From positions 1 through 64,000 of the IMG/VR virus record IMGVR_UViG_3300047160_005525: a stretch of DNA of 64,000 nucleotides, one strand, 5' to 3'. This document shows, one piece after another, positions 48,335 through 56,835 of the stretch (within the stretch, counting starts at the first letter, position 1; each line of letters opens with the position of its first letter). Source of the DNA: a virus (taxonomy: Duplodnaviria > Caudoviricetes). The notes beneath the pieces were generated by a model. That model saw only the letters and a list, made by a program, of their open reading frames with translations. It was not told where the DNA came from and ran no database searches. A program made the translations under genes and the position numbers.

Positions 48335-48724
48335 ATGGCTCGCATACCGGCTCATCTGATTCGTCGTCTAAAACAAGAGGAGAGATGCATGAGCTATACG
48401 CTTCCAAGCGGGATGCAAGTTACTTGCCAAATTTCTTACGTTGATGCCGCGGGCAATCCCGCTGTCGTTGATGGTGATGTGGCGTGGTCATCGAGCGATG
48501 AAACTAAGCTCGTCGTCTTTGTCAACTCACAGGATTCGACAAAGGTCGTCCTGCGAACTGTCGGGCCAGTCGGCCTCGTTCAAGTCAAAGCAACGGCTGA
48601 TGCTGATTTAGGCGCGGGCGTTCGCGAACTTGTCACTACCGCCGATGTCGACATTATCGCCGGTGAGGCAGTTGCCGGCATGATTTCACCAATCGGTCCC
48701 GCCGAGCCAATCCCCGCGGCATAA
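48335..48724 (+). CDS. Ig-like beta-sandwich protein
   Basis: YVDAAGNPAVVDGDVAWSSSD..VQVKATADADLG. Confidence 0.65.
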   Translation: MARIPAHLIRRLKQEERCMSYTLPSGMQVTCQISYVDAAGNPAVVDGDVAWSSSDETKLVVFVNSQDSTKVVLRTVGPVGLVQVKATADADLGAGVRELVTTADVDIIAGEAVAGMISPIGPAEPIPAA

Positions 48725-48726
48725 AT

Positions 48727-48833
48727 GAGAGCGAGAGCTTTCGCTCCCGCTCTCCCCTACCTTGCCTCGCCGGGCCGTACCATACCATTCCTTGCCCGAC
48801 CACACCCCGCCGCGCCCCACCAGACCTCGCCGC
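48727..48833 (-). ncRNA. GGY/NN pentamer-array cassette D (15 units)
   Basis: Hairpin 48727-48754; units 48759-48833 (one TCC variant); NN code matches 48602-48640. Confidence 0.82.
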
Positions 48834-48850
48834 GGTTAATCTCTAGTATC

Positions 48851-48937
48851 ATGACCCAATCTTGGCGCCAAATTCTGATCTGGAGTGCGTTATTGGTCGC
48901 TGGTATTGCATTGATCATGCTAGCGTTCGGGGGCTGA
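48851..48937 (+). CDS. 28-aa single-TM peptide
   Basis: MTQSWRQILIWSALLVAGIALIMLAFGG. Confidence 0.5.
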   Translation: MTQSWRQILIWSALLVAGIALIMLAFGG

Positions 48938-48939
48938 TC

Positions 48940-49131
48940 ATGGCCGATGATCAGGGTTATGCAGCGACGCTTGAGGGTTTCGTTGCGCGCTTTGATGATC
49001 TCGCCATCAAATTGCGCGAGGCCGCAAACGCGCAGGACTATGATGAGGTCTCCGATCTGGTCGACGAGCTTCTCGAAGATCTCGAACGAGCGGCCGACTT
49101 CATCAAGAAAAAACGCGAGGAGCGGGGATAA
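48940..49131 (+). CDS. small helical hypothetical protein
   Basis: Last + strand ORF before the terminator. Confidence 0.6.
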   Translation: MADDQGYAATLEGFVARFDDLAIKLREAANAQDYDEVSDLVDELLEDLERAADFIKKKREERG

Positions 49132-49228
49132 TTCTGGGGATGTTTTGCGATTTGCTATTTCACAGGAGCGTGGATGCGATAGACTGATTCTGTAGCGTTG
49201 AGTCCTGTTCGTTACACTCGTCTAACTG

Positions 49229-49269
49229 AACCCGGTCGAGCTTGAAGTGGAGGCTCGGCCGGGTTTTTT
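49229..49269 (+). terminator. intrinsic terminator ending the late region
   Basis: AACCCGGTCGAGC/GCTCGGCCGGGTT stem + T tract at the convergent boundary. Confidence 0.8.
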
Positions 49270-49392
49270 ATTTAATCCTCGGTGGGGAGTAGATCGCCGA
49301 TTTCATCATCGGGATCGGGTGCGGCTGAAGGATTAAGCTGATCGAGCAGCTTACGTAACGCGCGGGCCGGTGACACTGCTTGACTTAATAAT

Positions 49393-49500
49393 GAGAGCGA
49401 GAGCTTTTGGCCCTCGCTCTCCCTTGCCTCGCCGCGCCGCGCCAAGCCTTGCCGTGCCTGGCCTAGCCACGCCCTACCCCGCCTAGCCGCGCCCCGCCAC
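49393..49500 (-). ncRNA. GGY/NN pentamer-array cassette E (15 units)
   Basis: Hairpin 49393-49421, nearly identical to that of D; units 49426-49500; NN code matches 49600-49635. Confidence 0.8.
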
Positions 49501-49515
49501 ATTAAAAATAAAATC

Positions 49516-49830
49516 TCATCGCTCTTTCCCCAGCCATCGATAAGCTTGATGCCGCAAACTACGTGGCACAGCACGCGCTTCGACGCGAATATATGAGCTT
49601 GTGGCTTTAGAAGGCAATCGATACCAAACGAGTTTACTCGATTTCCAGGTTCGGTGAGCAACGTAGACTTGGCCATTGCGCGGTCGGCTGACGAAGAGAC
49701 CGTGTAAAGCATGGCGAGAAGTGCGGGGAAGCGCAGCTGGTGGGGCTGTGTGTGCTACGCTCCCCCTGGCCGGCATCACGGGGGGCTGTTGCAATGCCGG
49801 GTCCAAATTGTAGTCGTTAGAGAAGTCCAT
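49516..49830 (-). CDS. hypothetical protein (its homolog is the apparent target of cassette E)
   Basis: ATG start; codon-register match with the cassette E code. Confidence 0.55.
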   Translation of the reverse strand: MDFSNDYNLDPALQQPPVMPARGSVAHTAPPAALPRTSRHALHGLFVSRPRNGQVYVAHRTWKSSKLVWYRLPSKATSSYIRVEARAVPRSLRHQAYRWLGKER

Positions 49831-49835
49831 TGGGA

Positions 49836-49982
49836 TCAGTCTTGTTCCGGTTTTTTATCGATTTCTGCCGGCACCTCACCTCTGCCCTGGCAATGTGTGC
49901 AGGGATCTCGCCGCGTGATCTGGCCTTTGTCGTCGTGCGTGACGAGCCAGCAAGTGCCGTGGCAGCAGGGACAGCTGACCAT
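49836..49982 (-). CDS. 48-aa DnaJ-type zinc-finger peptide
   Basis: MVSCPCCHGTCW...PCTHCQGRGEV (below the ORF-track size cut-off). Confidence 0.65.
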   Translation of the reverse strand: MVSCPCCHGTCWLVTHDDKGQITRRDPCTHCQGRGEVPAEIDKKPEQD

Positions 49983-49985
49983 GAT

Positions 49986-50306
49986 TCATCGCCGAGCTCC
50001 TCCGAAGTGCGACGGCGCCGGTCCAGACGCGTGGCCGGTGACGCTGCCGCGGGAATCGTAGAACGTCGTCGTGCCGCCCGGCGTGGTCGTTGTCGTGCCG
50101 AGCGAATTGCCACGGCTGTCGAAGTAACGCACGCTGCCGGCGCCCTGTGGCGCCGCGGTGCCGATCGAATTGCCACGAGAGTCATAGAAGCGGGTCTGTT
50201 CTTCGGCGTTTGCACGATGCAGCGATAAGCCTAACAATAAGAGTACGACTGCTGTGATTGTTGTGAGTATCCATGTGTGCAGGCGCAGTTCAAACATCAG
50301 AGACAT
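49986..50306 (-). CDS. secreted protein with three F(Y/F)DSRG repeats
   Basis: Signal peptide ending ANA; repeats RFYDSRGN/RYFDSRGN/TFYDSRGS. Confidence 0.7.
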   Translation of the reverse strand: MSLMFELRLHTWILTTITAVVLLLLGLSLHRANAEEQTRFYDSRGNSIGTAAPQGAGSVRYFDSRGNSLGTTTTTPGGTTTFYDSRGSVTGHASGPAPSHFGGARR

Positions 50307-50459
50307 TTCTGTTTTCCTTCTGGATGACGATGGTGATGGTTGGATTTTTGAGCACGACTAGGATGGTGGGCCGTGGAGCGCAGAGTTGTCGTAGCTCCTC
50401 GCGCGGCCACAGCCATCGCAGCAGCAGCCAGCCGATCGCCAGCATGATCAGCAGGTGGA

Positions 50460-50633
50460 TCATGAGACCATCAACTTGGTTTTGGGTGGCGGCTTCAGTT
50501 GCTTAATTTTGGCCTGCACAGATTCTGCGGCTTTTAGACGATCCTTCGAACAATCGATGTACATATCCATTGCAAGCTCGACTTCGAAGCATTCGTCGTC
50601 GGACAAAGTGAGCGTATGTTGCTTGTCGTTCAT
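50460..50633 (-). CDS. hypothetical protein
   Basis: 57-aa ORF MNDKQHTLTLSDDECF..., coupled to its neighbours. Confidence 0.5.
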   Translation of the reverse strand: MNDKQHTLTLSDDECFEVELAMDMYIDCSKDRLKAAESVQAKIKQLKPPPKTKLMVS

Positions 50634-50815
50634 TACTTAGTTCTCCTCACGGTCTGCATTGTTCGGGATTGCCGCCGCGACGCAGGCATTCTTCTTGCTG
50701 CTGCTGAAGCTGCTGCTGGCGCAGTGGGTCGAAGCGGTGCGGCTGCGCGCAACTCAACAGCAATGCGAGCAGTGCTCCGACGATGGGCGACAAATAAAGC
50801 CAAAAATCTTCCCAA
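50633..50815 (-). CDS. small lipoprotein-like protein
   Basis: Hydrophobic stretch followed by LLSC lipobox-like motif. Confidence 0.55.
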   Translation of the reverse strand: MGRFLALFVAHRRSTARIAVELRAAAPLRPTAPAAASAAARRMPASRRQSRTMQTVRRTK

Positions 50816-50819
50816 CGGT

Positions 50820-51035
50820 TCATGGCTTTTGCTCTATCAAAAATCTTGGCAGCAGCGACCGTGCGCAGTCGAGGCATAAATCCCAATCTCTCGGTCGCGA
50901 TGGATTGCTTGCCTTGGCGCCACGCTCGATATGCGCTTCGAGGATACGCTGGACATTGATTTGGAGACGAATCTCAACGCGATCTTCGTCGGTGATATCG
51001 CGATCGCATTTTTCGCAGAAATATTTCATGGTCAT
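50820..51035 (-). CDS. small CxxC zinc-finger protein
   Basis: FCEKCD...LCLDCAR. Confidence 0.65.
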   Translation of the reverse strand: MTMKYFCEKCDRDITDEDRVEIRLQINVQRILEAHIERGAKASNPSRPRDWDLCLDCARSLLPRFLIEQKP

Positions 51036-51286
51036 TTCAGGAAAGTCCCTATGAACATGCCGAGCCCGAAAATCAGCACGCCGACGAACGTACTGATGAT
51101 CATTGGAATGCGCGACGACGGAAGTTCGAATGGCGGCGGCACGCGGTCCTTGAGCGCTTGATCAATTCTCTCAAGGTGTTTGTGCAATTCAATATTTTGT
51201 GCATCAGTTCGCGCGGCCGGCGCAAAGCGCTCGTCGATCTTATGTTCGAGCGAAGCAAATAGCTCGCGCAGTTCGTTGTCTTTCAT
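51032..51286 (-). CDS. coiled-coil protein with C-terminal TM helix
   Basis: Heptad N-terminus; hydrophobic C-terminus. Confidence 0.6.
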   Translation of the reverse strand: MKDNELRELFASLEHKIDERFAPAARTDAQNIELHKHLERIDQALKDRVPPPFELPSSRIPMIISTFVGVLIFGLGMFIGTFLK

Positions 51287-51507
51287 GACAGTTCGCTCTC
51301 GTCGACCGGGTCGTAAGCATCCGGGAATGGCACGATCGGTTCGAGTCCATTCTTGATGCGCAGCGGATTGACGCGCTGGACGCAGTCAAGGCAGATCGGC
51401 TCTCTCGTGCCGGTTTTCGGACTCGTGATGCTCGGTACGCGCATTGGGTTGTAAGAGAAGATGCGATGACAGCCGAAACATTCCGATGTGCAGAGTGCGT
51501 AGCCCAT
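51283..51507 (-). CDS. small zinc-binding hypothetical protein
   Basis: CFGC...ICLDC. Confidence 0.6.
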   Translation of the reverse strand: MGYALCTSECFGCHRIFSYNPMRVPSITSPKTGTREPICLDCVQRVNPLRIKNGLEPIVPFPDAYDPVDESELS

Positions 51508-51508
51508 T

Positions 51509-52147
51509 TCAGTGTCCCTTCCCGCGCTTTGGCAGCATGCCGACCAGGCGGCCTGCGCTGTTGGTCCAGCGTTCGATTTCGAGCGGCCCAAGCGTCGGCT
51601 TATCGTCTTTGCGAATGATCTTGCGTATTCCTGTCAGTTCGCCTTCCCGCTCGCTCTCGGCCTGGATCAGTACAACTTCCTCGCGGTTCGGGCGATCTTT
51701 CGGCATGACATTTGGTCTACCTTCTTTCACTTCATCGTCTTTGTAGCTGGCAATCCATGCCTCGTCGCAGAACGCATAAGCGACTGCGTCAGCGACTTTA
51801 AGCAGCGCACGAATTTTTTGCGCGATCTCGTCTTTGTCTCCGATGGGATCGACGATCAAATGAAAGCCTTCCCGGCAGACGATGTGGTACATCGGCCTGA
51901 CGCAGCCGTTTCTGCTCATGAAATCATCACAGGCTTCGGAGACCTGGCGCATCAATTTTTCTAACTCGATATTCGGCGAAGCTTCGAGGATATAGACCGG
52001 GCCTAGGCCGAGATCGGAAAGTTTGTCGCTACGTCTCATTGGCCCTCCAGCTTTCGAGCCGCGCAGCGCTTGAAATGCCATCTTTCCATAGCGCTGCCCT
52101 TTCCTGTTTTTCCGCAATGTGGGCATGTACGCGTTGTCGGGCACCAC
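51509..52147 (-). CDS. hypothetical protein (true start probably downstream)
   Basis: AYAFCDEAWIA..DRPNREEVVLIQAES. Confidence 0.6.
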   Translation of the reverse strand: MVPDNAYMPTLRKNRKGQRYGKMAFQALRGSKAGGPMRRSDKLSDLGLGPVYILEASPNIELEKLMRQVSEACDDFMSRNGCVRPMYHIVCREGFHLIVDPIGDKDEIAQKIRALLKVADAVAYAFCDEAWIASYKDDEVKEGRPNVMPKDRPNREEVVLIQAESEREGELTGIRKIIRKDDKPTLGPLEIERWTNSAGRLVGMLPKRGKGH

Positions 52148-52163
52148 GGCGGCGGCGGGATGC

Positions 52164-52364
52164 TCATGAACTTCCCCTGATCACGTTGGCGACGACGTTG
52201 ATCCGGCTCTCGATATCCTCAAGCTCGGCAAGCAATTTGCCTGCGCCTTCGCTGACCGTAAGGTTTAATCCCTCGACAGCGCGTGCGAGTCGGACTATTG
52301 CGATCGCGATCGCATATTGGCCATTGCCTGCATCGGCAACTCTTTCCCATTCAGATTCGATCAT
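52164..52364 (-). CDS. hypothetical protein
   Basis: ORF in a coupled series. Confidence 0.55.
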   Translation of the reverse strand: MIESEWERVADAGNGQYAIAIAIVRLARAVEGLNLTVSEGAGKLLAELEDIESRINVVANVIRGSS

Positions 52365-52530
52365 GTTTCACCCTTGCTTAACTCTTCCGCGATTTTTTCC
52401 AGTGACTTCAAGGCGACATTCCACTGATAGCGGATTGTGCTGAGCCGATCTTTCAACGTCGTGATCGTCCTATGCTGATTGGCGATGGTCTTCACGGCGC
52501 GCTCAAGCGCGTCCTGCATTTCTTCCGGTG

Positions 52531-52905
52531 TCATGGCGGCGTCACCAGATCCTGCATGAGATCTTGCCAGCGGCGCTCAAATTCGCCGAGATCAGGAGCG
52601 GGGCGCACAGGAGGCTCAGACGTTTGCGGCGGACTGTCCTCGGGCTGCGGCCCCGCTCCCTTCCCCGCTGGCATTCCGGGCGACGGTTCTCGCCAGCGAA
52701 GTGTTGTTTTCGATCGGCCGGGGTGGCCGGGATACCAACAAGACTTATTTTCGATGAGTCGCCAAGACCAATATTCGCGCGCGCCCACAGGTTTGTGCTC
52801 ACGGCAGAAGATGATTGCCGGCGGCGGCATATCGGCGGCGATGAGTTGAGCCATGGTCATTCCGCTCGCGATGGCGGTGGCGAGCCCTCTAACAATTCGT
52901 AGCAT
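52531..52905 (-). CDS. hypothetical protein (YWSWR..CWYPG motif)
   Basis: Trp/Cys-rich motif. Confidence 0.55.
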   Translation of the reverse strand: MLRIVRGLATAIASGMTMAQLIAADMPPPAIIFCREHKPVGAREYWSWRLIENKSCWYPGHPGRSKTTLRWREPSPGMPAGKGAGPQPEDSPPQTSEPPVRPAPDLGEFERRWQDLMQDLVTPP

Positions 52906-53075
52906 CGGTCGTACCAGGCTTGGATGTCGTCTCGCAGTTCGCGCGGGATTGCTACTCGATCTTTGTCCGCTCTTTCGACCGTGACTTGCAGTATCAATCG
53001 AATGCCGTCGAAGAGTAGCCGTGTTACATCGCGGTCAGCCATTTCAGGCGCTTTCCTTTTGCTGGCATGCCACGC

Positions 53076-53498
53076 TCATGCTCCAATGATTTCCTTGAAG
53101 GACAAGATCGCTGCTTCGTTTGCGGCGATTTGTTCTTGCATGGCTCTTTTCTCTTGAAGTGCTTCAACAACTAGTTCTGCGCAATCCAGGCAGATGAAGT
53201 GCCGCCCCTCGCTGCACACGTAGACGTCTTCATGTAGACAGAATGAGCAGGCGCCTTCTTTCCGCAGCCGCCATTGGTCAGCATTGATGGCGACAAAATT
53301 TTCTGGGGAACTTTGGAGTACTCTGCGCACTATCTCTTGAACAGTTTTCGGTACATAGGGGGTGCCATCTCTTCTTTGCCATTCTTGCCTGTCTGAAACA
53401 TGTTCACATAGTTCATCGATCGAAACAGCCTTCTTATATCGCATGAAGTATTTTAGGCTTTTAAGCTGAGCTTCGTAGTCGCCATATTTCTGATTCAT
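53076..53498 (-). CDS. protein with ClpX-type C4 zinc finger and N-terminal winged-helix-like segment
   Basis: CSFC...HFICLDCAELV. Confidence 0.65.
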   Translation of the reverse strand: MNQKYGDYEAQLKSLKYFMRYKKAVSIDELCEHVSDRQEWQRRDGTPYVPKTVQEIVRRVLQSSPENFVAINADQWRLRKEGACSFCLHEDVYVCSEGRHFICLDCAELVVEALQEKRAMQEQIAANEAAILSFKEIIGA

Positions 53499-53519
53499 TG
53501 GGCAGACTTCCCCATCGGT

Positions 53520-53834
53520 TCAATCCATCCTTGCGATTTCGACTGAGCCATCGGGCTGAAAGATTCCAACCCAGGCGTGCTCGTAAAGTACAATGCGTTC
53601 ATCGCGCAACATCGTTACGGCGAGTGGATACATCGGCGGATCGCCGGGATAGCTTAGACTGCCGTCCAGATTGACGCGGTGGCCAATGAACGGCCGCCAA
53701 CCGCCGCCATGTTGGTAGTTTGCATCGAATTGCTCGCGTGCAGGTCTCGGGTCATCACTATCGAGCATCATCGGCAGCGAGCCGAGATGTTCAGGCGTGA
53801 CGTTGGAGTAAAGTCCTGTCCAGGTGGGCATCAT
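53520..53834 (-). CDS. hypothetical phage protein
   Basis: SYPGDPPMYPLA..YEHAWV. Confidence 0.65.
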   Translation of the reverse strand: MMPTWTGLYSNVTPEHLGSLPMMLDSDDPRPAREQFDANYQHGGGWRPFIGHRVNLDGSLSYPGDPPMYPLAVTMLRDERIVLYEHAWVGIFQPDGSVEIARMD

Positions 53835-53978
53835 TGGTCTTGTCCTCTTTCGATCCACTGATCGGCCGGCTCGGCGCGCGCTAAGATGGCGCGAAATATG
53901 AGTCCGATCCCGAGCACGATTGCGATCGCGACGATGAGTTCGATCAGCCAAGCGGGGATGCGATATTTGTATGGACGC

Positions 53979-54552
53979 CTAGCCATTCATCTCCTCGACT
54001 CTGAGCTTTAGCAACCTGACGCGTAGGGCGCGCATTCGGTTGGCCTTTTCGTCATGTTCGTAGCGAAAACGTCCGCGTGTGACGTGACCCATCGATTCAT
54101 GACGGCTCGCAGCCATTTCCAAAGCTTCTGCAAGCAGATCGATCTCGACGACTTTCAGGTTCATTGATCGTTCTCTGCTTTGGCGATGACGGCGCGGACC
54201 TGATGCAGCGTCGCATGTTCAGGTTTGAATGCATATTCAGCCAACGGCAATACGCTTTTCAGCGCCGCCAGCATTTCCGCGTTGAGTTTGCGCAGCTGGC
54301 GGTTCTCTTCTTGCATGTGCTTGAAGATCGGTAAGGGCATCACTGCACCTCGATCGGCACGGCACGGCCGTGCTCATTGAGCCTGTAATTGACCGGATCG
54401 TCGCTTTCAATTACGCGGGTGTCGATGACGAGCGTCCAACGCATGGCGAGATCGTCGACATACTGCATGGCCTCCTCGCGAGTGGCAAAGCGCAAGGTGT
54501 TGCTACAGAACTGGCCAGAATTATCGGCGATGACTTCGGCTTTGAAGCTCAT
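53979..54552 (-). other. three small coupled hypothetical genes (53979-54164, 54161-54343, 54340-54552)
   Basis: Overlapping stop/start codons. Confidence 0.55.
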
Positions 54553-55091
54553 GATGTCGTTTCCTTCAGTTCTGTATCGAGGGTGGCTAGGATTTCTGCT
54601 GCGTTGGGTTCATCTTCGCTGACGCGCGCAACCGCTTTGGCGACTGCCATGAGCATTGTGTCGCTTTTTGCAGAGCCATCGAGCTTTGCGAGCACGTTGA
54701 AGAGCACGAAGATTTCTGAAGCGGAGCAGGAATTGTCGATCCGCATGAGCGGCCTGCCCCAGCGCGTTCCCTCGCGGATCTCGATCGCTTTGTCTTTGTA
54801 CGCGAGGAAGTAAGGCCGCTCGTTGATGGAAAAGCGCAGCATGTTGATATCGCGCATGGCGCCGTCAGCTTCCGCATGCGGCCTTTGGCTGACTCGAATC
54901 GTGTCATCATCGGCGCAGAACACGAGGCAACCAGCGATCTGCATGATGACGTTGTCAACCTTCCCGGCATGTTGAATGCGGGGATAACGGTCGCCGGGGC
55001 GGCCGTGGAAAAGGCCGACGAGGTACTGCTTCAGGTCGGCGATGGTATGGATCGATCGTTGCATTGGGTTTGCCTCCTCATATGCAAACAC
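54549..55091 (-). CDS. hypothetical protein
   Basis: 180-aa ORF with GAGGAGG in the start region. Confidence 0.6.
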   Translation of the reverse strand: MFAYEEANPMQRSIHTIADLKQYLVGLFHGRPGDRYPRIQHAGKVDNVIMQIAGCLVFCADDDTIRVSQRPHAEADGAMRDINMLRFSINERPYFLAYKDKAIEIREGTRWGRPLMRIDNSCSASEIFVLFNVLAKLDGSAKSDTMLMAVAKAVARVSEDEPNAAEILATLDTELKETTS

Positions 55092-55647
55092 TCAGCGGAA
55101 CGCCGCCGGCTGTCACGCTGAAGGTGAATGTCGGCATGAGTGGGCACGGCACCGCGACTAAGATCCAGCCATCCGCTTGCTGCAGCGGGATGATGGGCGT
55201 TCCGTTCGCGAGCGCCGCGACGATTGGACCGTTCGGCACGGTGCGAATGTTCAAGCCGTCCGCGCCGACGCTGACGACGATTTGGCTGCACCCCGGCGGA
55301 TCGAGGCAAACCGTGTGACGGCCGAAGAGCCAACCGAGTGAAGGCAGTGGCGGTGCTGGTATCGATTCGTCAACAGGTGGCGGCAACGGTGCTGCATAAG
55401 CAGTCGGTAGCGCCGGAATCGAAACTCCGCCTGGATACATTATCGGGTATGGATTGCGGAAGCCGTTGTGAGCACTGACGGGCGCGCCGAGATATCCGGT
55501 TCGAGGTGAAAACACGAACGGAATGCCTTGCGGTGAGAGGTTCGGTCCCGGCTGGATTTGCGCATTTGCCGGCCGTAGCGCCATCGCGACGATGAAGATG
55601 ATGATGCAAATCAGCGTCATCAGGATCAGGTTGCCTGTCGTTTTCAT
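55078..55647 (-). CDS. exported protein with C-terminal bacterial SH3-like domain
   Basis: Signal/TM ending ANA; GLNIRTVPNGPIVAALANGTPI..DGWILV. Confidence 0.65.
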   Translation of the reverse strand: MKTTGNLILMTLICIIIFIVAMALRPANAQIQPGPNLSPQGIPFVFSPRTGYLGAPVSAHNGFRNPYPIMYPGGVSIPALPTAYAAPLPPPVDESIPAPPLPSLGWLFGRHTVCLDPPGCSQIVVSVGADGLNIRTVPNGPIVAALANGTPIIPLQQADGWILVAVPCPLMPTFTFSVTAGGVPLSVCI

Positions 55648-55934
55648 TGGTTCACCTCCGAGAATGCAGCGCGCAAGCAGCGCTCGAATTGTTTGTCGGT
55701 CACCTCGAATAGCGGTTCCTTCGGTCGATGGCGCTGCATGGTCGTTTTGAACGCGGTCCAATTACGCACATCGAGCAGTTCACGGGCATCGAGGTCGAAT
55801 GCGACCGTGACCAGGTGTTTGATGAGTCGAATCTCAGCGTGGGTCATCGGTGTATCTTTCGATCCACTTACGTCGCGCGCGCAGCGCGCCAGATACGGTG
55901 CGATGATAGGACAGCCGCTCGCCTTTGTGATCAT
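55644..55934 (-). CDS. hypothetical protein
   Basis: Coupled ORF; start uncertain. Confidence 0.45.
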   Translation of the reverse strand: MITKASGCPIIAPYLARCARDVSGSKDTPMTHAEIRLIKHLVTVAFDLDARELLDVRNWTAFKTTMQRHRPKEPLFEVTDKQFERCLRAAFSEVNQ

Positions 55935-56000
55935 AAAGCGCGAACCAGGCAGGTCGCAGCTGCACGATCGGAAAGCGGGACAGGTGGCGCGTATTGTCGG

Positions 56001-56195
56001 TCATGACGTTTTCTCTGCCATCGCGATTACTGCGGCCAATGTCTCGGGCGGAATCTGGTTGATGCCAGATTCGTATTTCATCACGGTGCAGCGCTTGACG
56101 CCTAACTGCTGAGCGAATTCAGCTTGTGTGAGTTCAAGCCGCATCCGCACGAGGCGCAAGTATTCGTCAGGATAAACTTCGACTTTGATCCTCAT
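56001..56195 (-). CDS. XRE/Cro-like HTH regulator
   Basis: RMRLELTQAEFAQQLGVKRCTVMKYESG. Confidence 0.85.
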   Translation of the reverse strand: MRIKVEVYPDEYLRLVRMRLELTQAEFAQQLGVKRCTVMKYESGINQIPPETLAAVIAMAEKTS

Positions 56196-56199
56196 GGTC

Positions 56200-56403
56200 T
56201 CATTTCTTATCGATCAGCCGGTAGGCACGGACAACTTTGATTTTGCCGGCGTTGCGCAGATTCCAACGCGCAAACGTGCTCGGGTTGATGCCCTTCTTGC
56301 GCATTGCCTCATCAAGTTCGCGACCGCTGGCGATAGGATGTTTCCGCAGATATTTTTCTATGACTCGCTCGGCGCCTTTGTGATCGGTGCGTAGACGTGG
56401 CAT
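56200..56403 (-). CDS. small basic, possibly DNA-binding protein
   Basis: Helical, K/R-rich. Confidence 0.5.
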   Translation of the reverse strand: MPRLRTDHKGAERVIEKYLRKHPIASGRELDEAMRKKGINPSTFARWNLRNAGKIKVVRAYRLIDKK

Positions 56404-56517
56404 TTTGTGTTACCTCCTCATTCGGTATGAATGGAGTGGGGAGCGCTGCGCTGACTTGGCGAGACTTCACAGCGCTCCCCGGCGGGGCCGGGGACGACTT
56501 AGTCCCCGGCAAAAACC

Positions 56518-56835
56518 TCATCCTTTTCGTCTCCGTCGCACTTTTGACTTTGGTAGCTCGCGCAGCGGCCAGCCGATCGTGTCGACGATGTACTGCCCAT
56601 AGGCAATCGCTTCGGCTTTGGTCGCGAAGAAGGGGCTGCTGATCTCCGTGTTGTCGATGGTCGCCAGCCACGGGTGACGACGCGGCACCTTTCCTGTGAG
56701 GCTATTGACCGGCCGCAACACCGCACCCGCTCGCTGGGACCTGATGTTCATTTGCTCGACGTTTGCCAGGTTACAGGCGTTTCTGGCGCTGGCTGGATTT
56801 ACAACCATTGCCTGTGAAGGAGAATAGTTGTTCAT
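56518..56835 (-). CDS. hypothetical protein
   Basis: First ORF of the leftward operon. Confidence 0.5.
   Translation of the reverse strand: MNNYSPSQAMVVNPASARNACNLANVEQMNIRSQRAGAVLRPVNSLTGKVPRRHPWLATIDNTEISSPFFATKAEAIAYGQYIVDTIGWPLRELPKSKVRRRRKG

Noticed and set aside
2587-49500. Pentamer arrays as CRISPR arrays or ordinary microsatellites
   Set aside because: The constant part is only 3 nt and the variable part 2 nt, and there are no cas genes. The NN positions are non-repetitive and information-bearing, unlike slippage repeats.
47679-49712. ORFs with GxAWxGxARxG-like text (47679-47963, 48725-48937, 49272-49712; also 2310-2771, 2318-2761, 14480-14833)
   Set aside because: These are translations of the pentamer arrays with no independent coding signal.
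56445-56515. Twin GC-rich hairpins as a terminator of the leftward operon
   Set aside because: The U-tract is on the wrong side for - strand termination; function unclear.
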